The notes beneath the pieces are model-generated. The model made no database searches and was not told where the DNA came from. It saw only the letters and a list, made by a program, of their open reading frames with translations. Below, one piece after another: positions 48,752 through 58,700 of a DNA stretch of 64,000 bases; within the stretch, counting starts at the first letter, position 1, and every line of letters begins with the position of its first letter. The DNA lies in NCBI GenBank assembly GCA_964441155.1, contig CAYYKL010000001.1, positions 24,393 through 88,392 on the forward strand, given 5' to 3'. The DNA comes from an uncultured Pseudomonadales bacterium (GTDB taxonomy: Bacteria; Patescibacteriota; Microgenomatia; UBA1400; RBG-16-45-19). Both the position numbers and the translations under genes were made by a program.

Positions 48752-48873
48752 ATGTCCCCATGATATACAAAGTTTTTCTAAAATGCCAATTTTTTAAGTA
48801 AACTATTAGCAAGAAATAAAGACTTCCTGAAATTAAGATTGTGTTCGGGCAAATCAAGCGCATCAGAAATAAC

Positions 48874-49509
48874 TTACCATTTACTCAGCATCGCCACGGG
48901 TGTTTTAAACAGTATGAGAATGTCCTGGGAAATTGTGGCGCATTGTGCATAGTCGGCATCAAGCTCTGCCCGTTTCACAAACGGAATCTCATTGCGCCCC
49001 GATACTTGCCAAGGCCCAGTTATACCTGGTTTGACAGACAAAATTGTTGCAAGCAAAGGTTTAGTTTGCGGATAGCGCTTGGTTTGCTCATCAAGCTCAG
49101 TTTTCATATAGGCTCGGGGACCCACCATGCTCATTTCACCTCGAATTACGTTCAAAAGTTGCGGAAACTCATCGATAGTCAGCGAGCGCAAAATCTTGCC
49201 GACTTTGGTGATGCGAGGATCATGTTCCAGCTTCCAATCTTTGGCCTTAAATTCTTGCAGCAGTGGATTTGAGCCATTATGCAGAAGATCATGAGCGCCA
49301 TCGACCATGGAGCGAAATTTATACATAAAAAAAGGTTTGCCATTTACCCCGATTCGTTTGTGGCGGTAGATTACTGGCCCCTTTGAATCAAGCTTAATGA
49401 GGATTGGCACCACCACCCAAAATGGCAAAAACACAACCAATAAACAAAATGCCACCGCTAAATCTAAGACTCTTTTGGCGGCATTATAATATGAACTTTG
49501 AGTGCTCAT
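48874..49509 (-). CDS. Polyprenyl-phosphate sugar phosphotransferase (initiating sugar transferase)
   Basis: KRVLD, YKFRSM, DPRITKVG, DEFPQL, GEMSMVGPR and PGITG.WQV.GR. Confidence 0.93.
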   Translation of the reverse strand: MSTQSSYYNAAKRVLDLAVAFCLLVVFLPFWVVVPILIKLDSKGPVIYRHKRIGVNGKPFFMYKFRSMVDGAHDLLHNGSNPLLQEFKAKDWKLEHDPRITKVGKILRSLTIDEFPQLLNVIRGEMSMVGPRAYMKTELDEQTKRYPQTKPLLATILSVKPGITGPWQVSGRNEIPFVKRAELDADYAQCATISQDILILFKTPVAMLSKW

Positions 49510-49516
49510 TGTTTCT

Positions 49517-50599
49517 TTATGTGTAATTTTCCAGCGGTGTATCTTTAAATGTGGCTAACATCTTTTTAATTTCCGGAATCGATTGCTGCCTGGTCACCAA
49601 AATGGCGTCATCAGTCACCACGACCACTAGTCCTTCCACGTCGATCGCAGTCACCAATTGATCAGTTGTTGAGTAGACAAGATTGTTGGTGGCTAAGTGC
49701 GTATGAACATTGCCTTTGACCACATTTTCAGCTGGATGGGTTTGCAATGCTTCTTTAAGTGCTTCCCAAGCCCCAATATCACTCCAGCCAAGGTCAACTG
49801 GTAAAACGACTGCCTCATTTGAAGGCACATGCGCAATAACAGCATCATCAAAGGAAATTTTTTCCATGCGCGAATACAGTTCTTTTAATTTTTGCTCGTG
49901 CTCTGGTTTTCCATAGGTCGATTGAAGTTCCATAAGTGTTGCATGCATTTCTGGCGCGTGTTGCTCAAATTTACTCAAACAAAATCGTGGAGTCACAATA
50001 AAATATCCTGGATTCCAGGCATGTTTGCCATCACGAAGATATTTTTTCGCCGTTGCCAAATCGGGGCGGTAATGCCACGAAGTGAAACTTTTTACCTGCG
50101 TGCCATTGAGGTTATCGATAGTGTCACCAAACTCAATCCACCCTAAATTTTGATTAGCGAATCGTGGGCGTTGCCCCAAAAATACAAAGTTGTTGGGGTG
50201 TTTGTGTAAATATTCAGTACCAGCAATAAGTGCTTGTTTAAATTTATCCTCGTTGTCGACTAAATGATCGCTCCACAAAATTGCCACTGGCACATCGGGG
50301 TCTTCTAGTGCCAAAATCGACATAAGATAACCAACTGCCGGGCCAACATCGCGCATCTCAGGTTCACCAATAACATTCTGGGGTGGAATTTCGGGGGCTT
50401 GGTGGAGAATTATGTCTCGATAACGCTCACCAGTTGACACATAGATATTTTCCCATTCAAATTCAGGTCGGATTCGATCAACCGCCATTTGCAGTGTTGA
50501 TTTGTCTCCCACTATTGCTTCAAATTGTTTTGGGGTGGACGAGCGGGATAATGGCCACATCCGCGTGCCAATGCCTCCAGCGAAAATGATTGCTTTCAT
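49517..50599 (-). CDS. manC: Mannose-1-phosphate guanylyltransferase
   Basis: AGGIGTRMWPLSR..TPKQF, EP..RD, SDH, SFDDAV and GWSDIGAW. Confidence 0.88.
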   Translation of the reverse strand: MKAIIFAGGIGTRMWPLSRSSTPKQFEAIVGDKSTLQMAVDRIRPEFEWENIYVSTGERYRDIILHQAPEIPPQNVIGEPEMRDVGPAVGYLMSILALEDPDVPVAILWSDHLVDNEDKFKQALIAGTEYLHKHPNNFVFLGQRPRFANQNLGWIEFGDTIDNLNGTQVKSFTSWHYRPDLATAKKYLRDGKHAWNPGYFIVTPRFCLSKFEQHAPEMHATLMELQSTYGKPEHEQKLKELYSRMEKISFDDAVIAHVPSNEAVVLPVDLGWSDIGAWEALKEALQTHPAENVVKGNVHTHLATNNLVYSTTDQLVTAIDVEGLVVVVTDDAILVTRQQSIPEIKKMLATFKDTPLENYT

Positions 50600-51702
50600 T
50601 GGTTTATATGCGTCTGCCATGCTTCCTCCACAGTTCGCGAGAATACTTGCTTAAATCGGGCGGTATCAAAGCGCCTCGCGTGGGCACTAATTTTTTTACT
50701 ATACCATGTCTTTGCCTCAAACTCTTTTATCGTGTGCTGCATCGCCTCGCTTGATTGCTCACTAAAAAATACACCCGTCTCACCCTCGATTACCGTTTCG
50801 CACGCGGCTCCTTTTTGAAAAGCGATCACTGGCGTTCCGGCTGCTTGAGCTTCAAGTGCAGTAATTCCAAAATCTTCTTCTTGAGGAAAAATCAATGCTT
50901 GAGCTTGCTGATAATACGTTGGCAGTGCTTTATCGGACACAAAACCTAATACATGAACATTTGGTGTCGATATGGATGTGAGTCTGGCTAACTCGCTGCC
51001 CGTGCCAATAATCAATAGCTCTCTATCCGGCATCAAGGCAAATGCTTCGACAACTAAATCTACCCGCTTATAAGGCACCATTCGAGAGACCACTAAGTAA
51101 AATGGTTTTGGATGCACTAAAAGATCTCGAGTTGAGTTTGGCAAAAATCGCTGAGTTTCGACTGGTGGATATAAAACGTTAGACTCGCGGCGATAATATT
51201 TCTTCGCTCGTTGAGCCACTGTTTCGGAAATTGTAATTATTTTATCCGCCCTCTGTGCAGCCAGAAAATCCCACTGACGCAATAGTGATAACAATGGTGC
51301 AAGCAATGCTTTTCGCCAACCAGCACCCGAATATTCATGAGCATGGCTCCACAAATAGCGCGTGGGCGTGAGCAGATAATTGATGTGCAGTTGATTGGGT
51401 TTAGTCATTATTCCCTTGGCTTCGGCACTGGTCACTGAAATCACCACATCAAACTCGTCAAAATTAAATGACTCAAAAGCATAAGGCATAAGCCAAAAAA
51501 ATAATTCGTGATGATTTTTTGCAAACGGTATTTTGTTTATAAAACTGGGCCGCACATCCCATTCCTTTGCCCACGTCGCTCCACTTGGATCATAAACGGC
51601 AGTGAACAAGGGTGCGTTAGGGTAAAGTTCATGCAAAGCCTGCAGCACTCGCTCTGCTCCACCGAATTTATTGACGCGATCATATACCAGAGCAATCTTC
51701 AT
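50596..51702 (-). CDS. GT4 glycosyltransferase
   Basis: GGAERVL, SRMVPYKR and EDFGITALEA. Confidence 0.92.
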   Translation of the reverse strand: MKIALVYDRVNKFGGAERVLQALHELYPNAPLFTAVYDPSGATWAKEWDVRPSFINKIPFAKNHHELFFWLMPYAFESFNFDEFDVVISVTSAEAKGIMTKPNQLHINYLLTPTRYLWSHAHEYSGAGWRKALLAPLLSLLRQWDFLAAQRADKIITISETVAQRAKKYYRRESNVLYPPVETQRFLPNSTRDLLVHPKPFYLVVSRMVPYKRVDLVVEAFALMPDRELLIIGTGSELARLTSISTPNVHVLGFVSDKALPTYYQQAQALIFPQEEDFGITALEAQAAGTPVIAFQKGAACETVIEGETGVFFSEQSSEAMQHTIKEFEAKTWYSKKISAHARRFDTARFKQVFSRTVEEAWQTHINQ

Positions 51703-52850
51703 ACCAGGGTATTATAGACTGCTTCAGTCTTGAGCGCGGTTTTTTCCCACACAAAGTCTCGAGCATGTGCTTTTGCCTTTGTTTTTAGCTCATCCCACAA
51801 AGGATTAGATTTCGATGCTTCTAGCATGGAAAAGGCCAACAGGTGAGGATTTAAGGGGTCTTCTAAAAACACAGCACACTTACCATAAATTTCTGGCAGA
51901 GAACCTTTGCTTGAAGCAACCACCAAACACCCATGCTTCATGGCCTCAAGGCCAGTTAATCCAAAACCCTCTGACAGCGATGGATGAACCAGAGCAATTG
52001 CCCGGCGATAAAGAGACTGCAAAACATCATCTGATAATTTGCCCGCAAAAATTACTTGACCTTCTAATCCAAGTTCAATAACTTGAGCTTCTAACTTGTT
52101 CACAAATACATTTCTGGAGCTGACGATAACCAACTTGTGGGTATTTCCACTGTCTTTTAGTTCCTTCATCGCCTGAATCAACGTAGACACATTTTTATGC
52201 GGATAACACGAGCCGACATAAAGATAGAATTTGGAAGTAGGAATTTGAAATGTAGCTTTGCTGTTTGTGTTGGTCTCGCTTGCTTCTTGCTCCTTACTCC
52301 CTACTCCCAAGTGGTCTGCGCCTTCATAAATCACCTGAATTTTATTCTGATTTAATTGACTATACTCTTGCAATAATTGCGTCTTCACCCAATTGCTGGG
52401 AACAATAATTTTTTTTGACGCACCTATCGCGTGAGCCACTACTCGTTTGTATCCTTGATATTTAAGTGCGTATTTCCAACCAGAAAGTGTCGTCACCTCA
52501 CCGCCGCGAACTTGATGCCACAAAATGTCATGAATCGTGACCACAAATGGTTTGCTATAAAGCAGTGGCACGTTGAAATGAGGAAAATGCATCAAGTCGA
52601 CTGGGTGTTTGCGCAAAAGCAATGGAAGTTGCACTTGTTCAAGCAGCGAATAGTGTGTGATGTTAGTCTGAATCAGCGTGAATTTGTGGTGGAGGCTCGA
52701 TGGAATATCGAGCTTGATTTGGTTCGGACCAAAAAGCACATAGTGATTGTCGCTCTCGGCTTGCAAAAGATTAACAACCAAATTCAACACATACCGGCCA
52801 ATCCCTGCGTGTGTGAGGCCCCATAATCTCGCATCAATGCCAATGGTCAT
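51699..52850 (-). CDS. GT4 glycosyltransferase
   Basis: GIDAR..GIGRY, TIHD, HKN and EGFGLTGLEA. Confidence 0.92.
   Translation of the reverse strand: MTIGIDARLWGLTHAGIGRYVLNLVVNLLQAESDNHYVLFGPNQIKLDIPSSLHHKFTLIQTNITHYSLLEQVQLPLLLRKHPVDLMHFPHFNVPLLYSKPFVVTIHDILWHQVRGGEVTTLSGWKYALKYQGYKRVVAHAIGASKKIIVPSNWVKTQLLQEYSQLNQNKIQVIYEGADHLGVGSKEQEASETNTNSKATFQIPTSKFYLYVGSCYPHKNVSTLIQAMKELKDSGNTHKLVIVSSRNVFVNKLEAQVIELGLEGQVIFAGKLSDDVLQSLYRRAIALVHPSLSEGFGLTGLEAMKHGCLVVASSKGSLPEIYGKCAVFLEDPLNPHLLAFSMLEASKSNPLWDELKTKAKAHARDFVWEKTALKTEAVYNTLV
52225..52311. repeat. Heptamer-periodic palindromic element embedded in frame in a GT4 gene
   Basis: Minus strand GGGAGTA-GGGAGTA-AGGAGCA-AGAAGCA ... ATTTCAA-ATTCCTA-CTTCCAA, encoding LGVGSKEQEASETNTNSKATFQIPTSKF. 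Confidence 0.6.
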
Positions 52851-52857
52851 ATATTTG

Positions 52858-52885
52858 TGTCATCTCGAGCGAAGTCGAGGAATCT
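52858..52885. repeat. REP-like palindrome (GTCAT...GAGCGAAGTCGA...ATCT type)
   Basis: TGTCATCTCGAGCGAAGTCGAGGAATCT in an intergenic gap. Confidence 0.6.
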
Positions 52886-52919
52886 CTTCGATTGCAGTAC
52901 TAAAACTGAAGTTAGCACA

Positions 52920-53771
52920 TCATTTCAATAATTTTTTAATTCCAATACCTAGCTGAACAAGCTTTTTTACTAATTTTGGATATTTGTCAGCATAATGCTT
53001 ATCATAAAACTGCAACATAGTGTCAAAGAAATATTTTTTTGCAGTTTTCTCTTTTGCTTTGTCCATCGTGTTCCTTTTCCCCGACTGGCTTTTCAAGTGA
53101 ATCACCACTGATTCAGGAAAATAGACAATTTTCCAACCAGCTTGTCTAATGCGCAAACACCAATCCAGATCCTCAGCATAGAAAAAGAAGCGCTCATCTA
53201 ATAACCCCACTGCATCAATGACTTCACGTCGGACTATCATGGCTACTCCCGACACTGCTTCGACTTCATGAGCTACATTAAAATCTTCATGAGTTAAGTG
53301 ATATCCGCCAAAAAGTCTTGAGCCGGGAAACAATTGCTCGAGCTTGGCGAAGTAGGTGAAGGCTCGCCAAAGTGTCGGCATACCCCGGTGACACGCCAGG
53401 TCAATTGCTCCGTCTGGCAAAACCACCTTTGGAGTAATCACGCCAATGTTTTTATCTTGTTCGATTTGTTGAAGCAATCGCTCGAGAGCGTTTTTTTGGA
53501 CAATCGTGTCCGAGTTGAGCAAAAGCACATATTCTCCCGTTGCAATTTTGATGGCCTGATTGTTGCCCGCGGCAAAACCGACGTTTTTCGCATTGACTGT
53601 TAATTTTACCTGAGGAAAATCACGCTTGACCATGCCTACCGAGTCATCGCTTGAGGCATTGTCGACGACCAAAATTTCCCAATTGGAATGTTGAGGAACT
53701 GATGCAAGCGTTTGCTTGAGCAGATCGCGCGTATTGTAGCTCAAAATGATAATTGAAAGTTTTGTTTTCAT
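52920..53771 (-). CDS. GT2 glycosyltransferase (rhamnosyltransferase-like)
   Basis: VDNASSD, NVGFAAGNN, LLNSD and YAEDLDWC. Confidence 0.92.
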   Translation of the reverse strand: MKTKLSIIILSYNTRDLLKQTLASVPQHSNWEILVVDNASSDDSVGMVKRDFPQVKLTVNAKNVGFAAGNNQAIKIATGEYVLLLNSDTIVQKNALERLLQQIEQDKNIGVITPKVVLPDGAIDLACHRGMPTLWRAFTYFAKLEQLFPGSRLFGGYHLTHEDFNVAHEVEAVSGVAMIVRREVIDAVGLLDERFFFYAEDLDWCLRIRQAGWKIVYFPESVVIHLKSQSGKRNTMDKAKEKTAKKYFFDTMLQFYDKHYADKYPKLVKKLVQLGIGIKKLLK

Positions 53772-53780
53772 TTTTGTTCA

Positions 53781-53820
53781 CTATTGCCTAATCACTAACC
53801 GCTAGCCACTAGTTTCCCTA
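53781..53820. repeat. Degenerate heptamer tandem repeat
   Basis: CTATTGC-CTAATCA-CTAACCG-CTAGCCA-CTAGTTT. Confidence 0.55.
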
Positions 53821-55026
53821 TTCACTTTCTTTCGTGCTCCCTAATTCTTGATAGACGCGATTCAAGTCAGCTGAGATTGCCTTCCAATCGTAGTTGGAGG
53901 TGACCAAGCGCTTGCTATTGTCTGCCAGCTTTTTTTGCAATGCCGCATCCTGCAGCACTCTCACTGTGTGCTTGGCTAATTCCATCGGTCCTTTGGCCAG
54001 AAGTGCATGCTTGCCATCAACCACACCGGCAATACCCTCAACCGCTAATGGAGTCGCTACAATCGGCGTGCGTGTGGCCATAGCTTCCAGAATCTTATAG
54101 CGCGTGCCTTTGCCCGATTTAACGGGTGCCAAAAGGACATGGGCTGTGGCATACGCCGAGCGAATATCATCAAGATTCCCGCTCACGGTGATGCTTGGAT
54201 CTTTGCCATATGACAAAATCTTTTCGGTGGGGCTGTAGCCCACAATATGCAATTTGGCTGTCGGCATGTTAGCCAGCACCATCGGCCAAATCTGCTCAAC
54301 CAAATACGTCACTGCCTCAATGTTCGGCAACCACTTAAACGTTCCTACAATCAAAACAGTTGGGCTTTGGGGCAATTTTTTCGTCACGGCATCAAAAAAT
54401 TCGGAGTCCACTCCGTTGGCAACCACATCGATTTGACTCAAATGCTGATGACGCGAACGGATATAGTCTCGGTCATTGTCGCTCATCGTGATCAAGCGGT
54501 CGCAATGCTGCCAATAGAATTGTTCCCAATATTTAATCTTGGCGATATCCATATAAAGCAGTGGTTTTATTGGCCACAACTTGGAAGCTTTGGCGTAGCT
54601 TTGATAGCCCAGATATTCAATCGTTTGCTCAACTAAAATAATGGGCACTTTGGTTTTCGGGATATTCGGCATCATATAAAACGTTTCAGCGTGTATGAGA
54701 TCGTAGTGATTCTTGGACAGTTCTTCTTTAACTGCCTCGAGTGTTTCGGTCACCAAATTCCGCGTCACCACAAAGGGGTAGCTCGTGAAACCGGCCTTGA
54801 CGATATTGCGAACGGTGAACGGGTGCTGAGAGCGCTTGAATACTTCAACTTTGGTGCAAAATTTTTTAAGATGTGGCACATTCTTTTTCTCGGCATCATC
54901 CTTGATCAAAGAAAACAAGGTGATGTCATAATCATCTTTGAGGTTTTTTAAAAGATTGTAGGTGCGAATTTGCCCACCAGAAAGCAAAGGGTAAGGGAGA
55001 TAGGGCGTGAGCATGAGGATTTTCAT
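53818..55026 (-). CDS. GT4 glycosyltransferase
   Basis: PYPLLSGGQIR, NGVD, PN and GKGTRYKILEAMA. Confidence 0.92.
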   Translation of the reverse strand: MKILMLTPYLPYPLLSGGQIRTYNLLKNLKDDYDITLFSLIKDDAEKKNVPHLKKFCTKVEVFKRSQHPFTVRNIVKAGFTSYPFVVTRNLVTETLEAVKEELSKNHYDLIHAETFYMMPNIPKTKVPIILVEQTIEYLGYQSYAKASKLWPIKPLLYMDIAKIKYWEQFYWQHCDRLITMSDNDRDYIRSRHQHLSQIDVVANGVDSEFFDAVTKKLPQSPTVLIVGTFKWLPNIEAVTYLVEQIWPMVLANMPTAKLHIVGYSPTEKILSYGKDPSITVSGNLDDIRSAYATAHVLLAPVKSGKGTRYKILEAMATRTPIVATPLAVEGIAGVVDGKHALLAKGPMELAKHTVRVLQDAALQKKLADNSKRLVTSNYDWKAISADLNRVYQELGSTKESE

Positions 55027-55068
55027 AGGGTTGACTGAACCATTATACTGGCAACTAAACCAACTTAC

Positions 55069-55539
55069 ATGTCACTTGAATTAATTGTCAGCGTACCGCC
55101 ATACCTTTGTGCAAATGCTTACGAGCTATTTAACCATGGTCAGGCATTTCCATTGGGCAAGTTTATCGCAATTGGAGCCCAATTACTTGAATCAGATTTC
55201 CAAGCATATTCAACTTAATCAACCGTCTTACAAGCTTTAACTCATTTTGATTTGATACAGGGAGCAGGAAGATCAGTAGTCCGAGTTGTCATGACTACTG
55301 ATCAATTACCCCCATTAAATCAAGCACGCGAAATTGCAATGAGAGAATTCGGCGTTAATAGCCTTCATAGCGCAGCCACACTATCACTTACTGAATTGCT
55401 TATTCATGCACAAAACAGAACCGATGATCAGGGTGAAAATCCAGATGTACCGCCGGAGTTTTTTGCTGACTATCTACCGCTTAACAATGGATCATTTATC
55501 TTAATAGAACCACACAAGCCACCTCGGCTTGAGCATTAG
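55069..55539 (+). pseudogene. Orphan gene interrupted by an in-frame TAA at 55216-55218 (3' part is ORF 55252-55539)
   Basis: The frame from ATG 55069 reads MSLELIVSVPPYL...FQAYST*STVLQALTHFDLIQGAGRS..., continuous with the listed 95-aa ORF. Confidence 0.55.
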
Positions 55540-57096
55540 CTAGCGCAATCGTAAAATAAGAAAGTGGTCATGCATCACTGCTGTTTCGTATTTCAACATT
55601 AAAGCTTTAGCTTCATTGTCTAAGCTTGTGGTCACGTAGTAATCCGCACCTGAGGCAATTTTTTGCTCAATTGCTCCACCAATCGGCCAGCCTCGGCGAT
55701 TGGTTTGATAAAGAAAGGCTGTATCGCCGCCATAAGGAGCGATCACCAGCGCATCTGGTTCTGTGAGAGCGTCCACAGCTTTGCCTGCTTCCACCATTTC
55801 AGGGTTATTAACATTAAAAAAACCTTTAACCTCATACCAACTGAATGTGAGCATAAAAATTACGGAAATCAGTGCTAAACCTGCTGATTGCACTGTTTTT
55901 ATTGACAAAAGCTTGATAATTCCTACCGCCACAATCAGTGCAATAGAGGGCACGATAATAACTTGATAATAATCGTGCTGGACATTACCGGTAGCAAAAA
56001 TAGTTAGATACGCCAACACTCCACCGAGGCTGCCATACATAAACAAATCCAGATCAGAATAATTTGATAATCCAATGAATAAATCTGCTGGTTTAAATCG
56101 TTTCATGAAACTTTGAATTTTTTCGATAAATCCAAACTTGGCTCCAATTTGTTTCTCTGTTTGAGCTCCAAGCAAGCCGACGCCAAATGGTATTAAGCCC
56201 CAGTAGCCAAGTAGCAACCTGCCCATGCGATCGGCAAACAACCACCGAAACCACGCGGGTCGCAAACGAATCCCATTGCCATTAAATAACCAGCGATTGG
56301 CCGGAATGCCCTCGGGGAACTGCTGAATCCACGAGCGCCATAATGCCAAAGGCGAAAACATCGCTACTGCGGCTAGCAAATGTTTTGGCTGCATTATCCA
56401 GCGAATGCCATGATGCTTGAGTGCTAGCAATAGTATTGGTAGCCAAAAAAATAATGCGATGGGTTTGAGAAGTAGCGCGATAAAAGCGGCACCAATGCCG
56501 GCAAGCAACCAGCCCATACTTTTGGAGTAAACATATCTGAGAAACAAAAAGGTTGCTAGCAAGGTGAAGAATGCCAAGGGTACTTCAGGCAAAATTGCTT
56601 GCGAATAAAAAACACTAAACGGCATGAATGCCAATGTGGAAGCGGCCACTAACGGCACATAGGCAAAGATCCCCTCAAGTTTGCTTTTTGTTACCAGCAA
56701 TTTGGTGAGTAAAAAGAGTAATAAGATAGAGCCCAATGAAAATTTTACTGAAGCTAGGCGCATAAATAGGGTGAGGTCGATATGGGTGAAAGGAGATGTT
56801 AGGCGATATGCGAACGCTGTCAGGGCGTTAATAATTGGAAACTCAACCATACGCCAGCCTTGAGGATTATCCAAACCATTGGGAATCGAGGACAAATCGT
56901 GGAATTGAGGACGAAGTAAGTCGACATCGTGCTTTACATACTCTCGTGTCACCGAAGCCGTATCAGCTTGTCTCCAAGAGTGCCAATCAGCAATAGGGCG
57001 ATCGATTCGATACAGACGGACACTGAAAGCTAAAAGCATCATGAAGGCCAGGAATGAGAGCTCTATGAATGTTCTGGATGGGTGTAGTTTTTTCAC
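55540..57096 (-). CDS. GT-C (ArnT/PMT-like) membrane glycosyltransferase
   Basis: DWHSWRQADT, EFP, multiple TMs and HDYYQ. GTG start overlaps the upstream stop. Confidence 0.82.
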   Translation of the reverse strand: MKKLHPSRTFIELSFLAFMMLLAFSVRLYRIDRPIADWHSWRQADTASVTREYVKHDVDLLRPQFHDLSSIPNGLDNPQGWRMVEFPIINALTAFAYRLTSPFTHIDLTLFMRLASVKFSLGSILLLFLLTKLLVTKSKLEGIFAYVPLVAASTLAFMPFSVFYSQAILPEVPLAFFTLLATFLFLRYVYSKSMGWLLAGIGAAFIALLLKPIALFFWLPILLLALKHHGIRWIMQPKHLLAAVAMFSPLALWRSWIQQFPEGIPANRWLFNGNGIRLRPAWFRWLFADRMGRLLLGYWGLIPFGVGLLGAQTEKQIGAKFGFIEKIQSFMKRFKPADLFIGLSNYSDLDLFMYGSLGGVLAYLTIFATGNVQHDYYQVIIVPSIALIVAVGIIKLLSIKTVQSAGLALISVIFMLTFSWYEVKGFFNVNNPEMVEAGKAVDALTEPDALVIAPYGGDTAFLYQTNRRGWPIGGAIEQKIASGADYYVTTSLDNEAKALMLKYETAVMHDHFLILRLR

Positions 57097-58700
57097 TTGA
57101 GACTCTTTTTTGATTGTAAAGCGAGGACACTTACCGCAACCGCGATTCCAGCCATTGCCCAATAGGTCTCTGCCACCTTTGATGCCGTAAAGACATCAAT
57201 GTAGGCCGCATTGATAAGTAAACCTATAGAGGCGGCCACAAACCCGGCTAAATAAGCTCTGATTAAAAGATCTTTGCTTGCAAAAGCACCTTTAAGTGAA
57301 ATCACCATTACCGCTAACACGACACCAAAAAAGCTAACAAAACCCAAAATCCCCGTTTCGCCCAGTGAGCGCAAGAATTCATTGTCGGTGGATTCTGCCT
57401 CGGTAAATTGACCCACTTCTTCCTTGGTGAGGGTTGAGTAACCACTACCAAGAAGTGGATTAGATTTCAATCCAGCCAAGGCACGTGGCCACAAAGTGTC
57501 ATAGCGAATGGCTGCTGACAAACCGTACGTATGCGCGGCATCAGAATACGTTCTATCCTGCAACTCATATTCCCCCGTTTCATTGCCCTGCTCATCAACC
57601 ACGGCAACAGGTAGCGGAATATTTTCATAGACATCTGGAGGTAAATTATTGTCAGCTTGGGTACGTGGATCAACGGGTGAAGGTGGCTCATCAGTAACAC
57701 TGGTTACCATAGAAAGCTCGCTGACGCTCAAATAGTGTTGCGGAGTGTCAATTCCTGGATTATATAAGCCAAACTTAGGATGAAAATTCTCTCGAAAACT
57801 AATTAAATTTTTCACTCCTGGAACTTGCTCAAATCGATCAATAAAATCGCTGGAATACAGTGCGAGGATAAGTGTGAATACGCCCACAATTCCCCAATAC
57901 ACGAGCGTCTTTATTAAGTTTTTGGACAGTAGCCAATAGCCAAACAACAAAATGTGCATGGCCGCTAAAAACGCTAAAAATGAGGTTCGTGAGGCAGTTA
58001 GAATCAGCAAATAATAACCAAGCCCGAAGGAGATAAAACTAGCAATCTTTAGGAGCTTATGTTTGGTAAATAATGCCACTGACAAGGCGATAGTGATGAT
58101 CATCATGGCAAAGGCAGCAGCATCGTAGTGACCACCAAAAGTGCTTGGCACCCGTGCATGCTCGGTCAAATACAACCGCCAGCCTTTGGCAAATTCTCGA
58201 TTCATAGTGGAATAGACCGGCCAATACAGAAATTTTTGACCAAAACCATACACTGAAGCAATTGACAAAACCGCAAGCAATGAAATTACATACGTTTTTG
58301 CCAACTTAATCGATTTTATTGAGGCAAAAAAGATAAAAAACAAACTAAAATATTCTATGCGTCTCACGAAATGAAGGGCAATTTTTGCAATGTGCAGAGC
58401 ACTTAACGGCACCGTTTTAGTAATAAATATGGCACTAACGACCGAAAGAAATCCAATCACCACATACGCCAAGATTGCCTTAGAGACCAACGGATGAATA
58501 GTTACCTTTTTGCGCCGCCACTGAATCAGAAAAACTATTGCGGTAATCAAAATCAAAAAGTCTTCCAGCCGAACCCGAACGATATATCCTGGAATAGCAT
58601 CGAATAATGGTAGTTTGGGATAGAGCGGAATAAAAACTAAAAGGATTCCAGCTAAAAGACCCAAACTATGCTGATCAAACCATTGTGCTAATTTCTTCAT
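57093..58700 (-). CDS. O-antigen ligase/polymerase-like membrane protein
   Basis: Multi-TM protein with R..STF, LTASR, NPLLGSG and DNEFLRSLGETGILG. Confidence 0.82.
   Translation of the reverse strand: MKKLAQWFDQHSLGLLAGILLVFIPLYPKLPLFDAIPGYIVRVRLEDFLILITAIVFLIQWRRKKVTIHPLVSKAILAYVVIGFLSVVSAIFITKTVPLSALHIAKIALHFVRRIEYFSLFFIFFASIKSIKLAKTYVISLLAVLSIASVYGFGQKFLYWPVYSTMNREFAKGWRLYLTEHARVPSTFGGHYDAAAFAMMIITIALSVALFTKHKLLKIASFISFGLGYYLLILTASRTSFLAFLAAMHILLFGYWLLSKNLIKTLVYWGIVGVFTLILALYSSDFIDRFEQVPGVKNLISFRENFHPKFGLYNPGIDTPQHYLSVSELSMVTSVTDEPPSPVDPRTQADNNLPPDVYENIPLPVAVVDEQGNETGEYELQDRTYSDAAHTYGLSAAIRYDTLWPRALAGLKSNPLLGSGYSTLTKEEVGQFTEAESTDNEFLRSLGETGILGFVSFFGVVLAVMVISLKGAFASKDLLIRAYLAGFVAASIGLLINAAYIDVFTASKVAETYWAMAGIAVAVSVLALQSKKSLK

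Noticed and set aside
47345-49272. Plus-strand ORFs of 152, 114 and 143 aa
   Set aside because: Antisense to well-supported genes.
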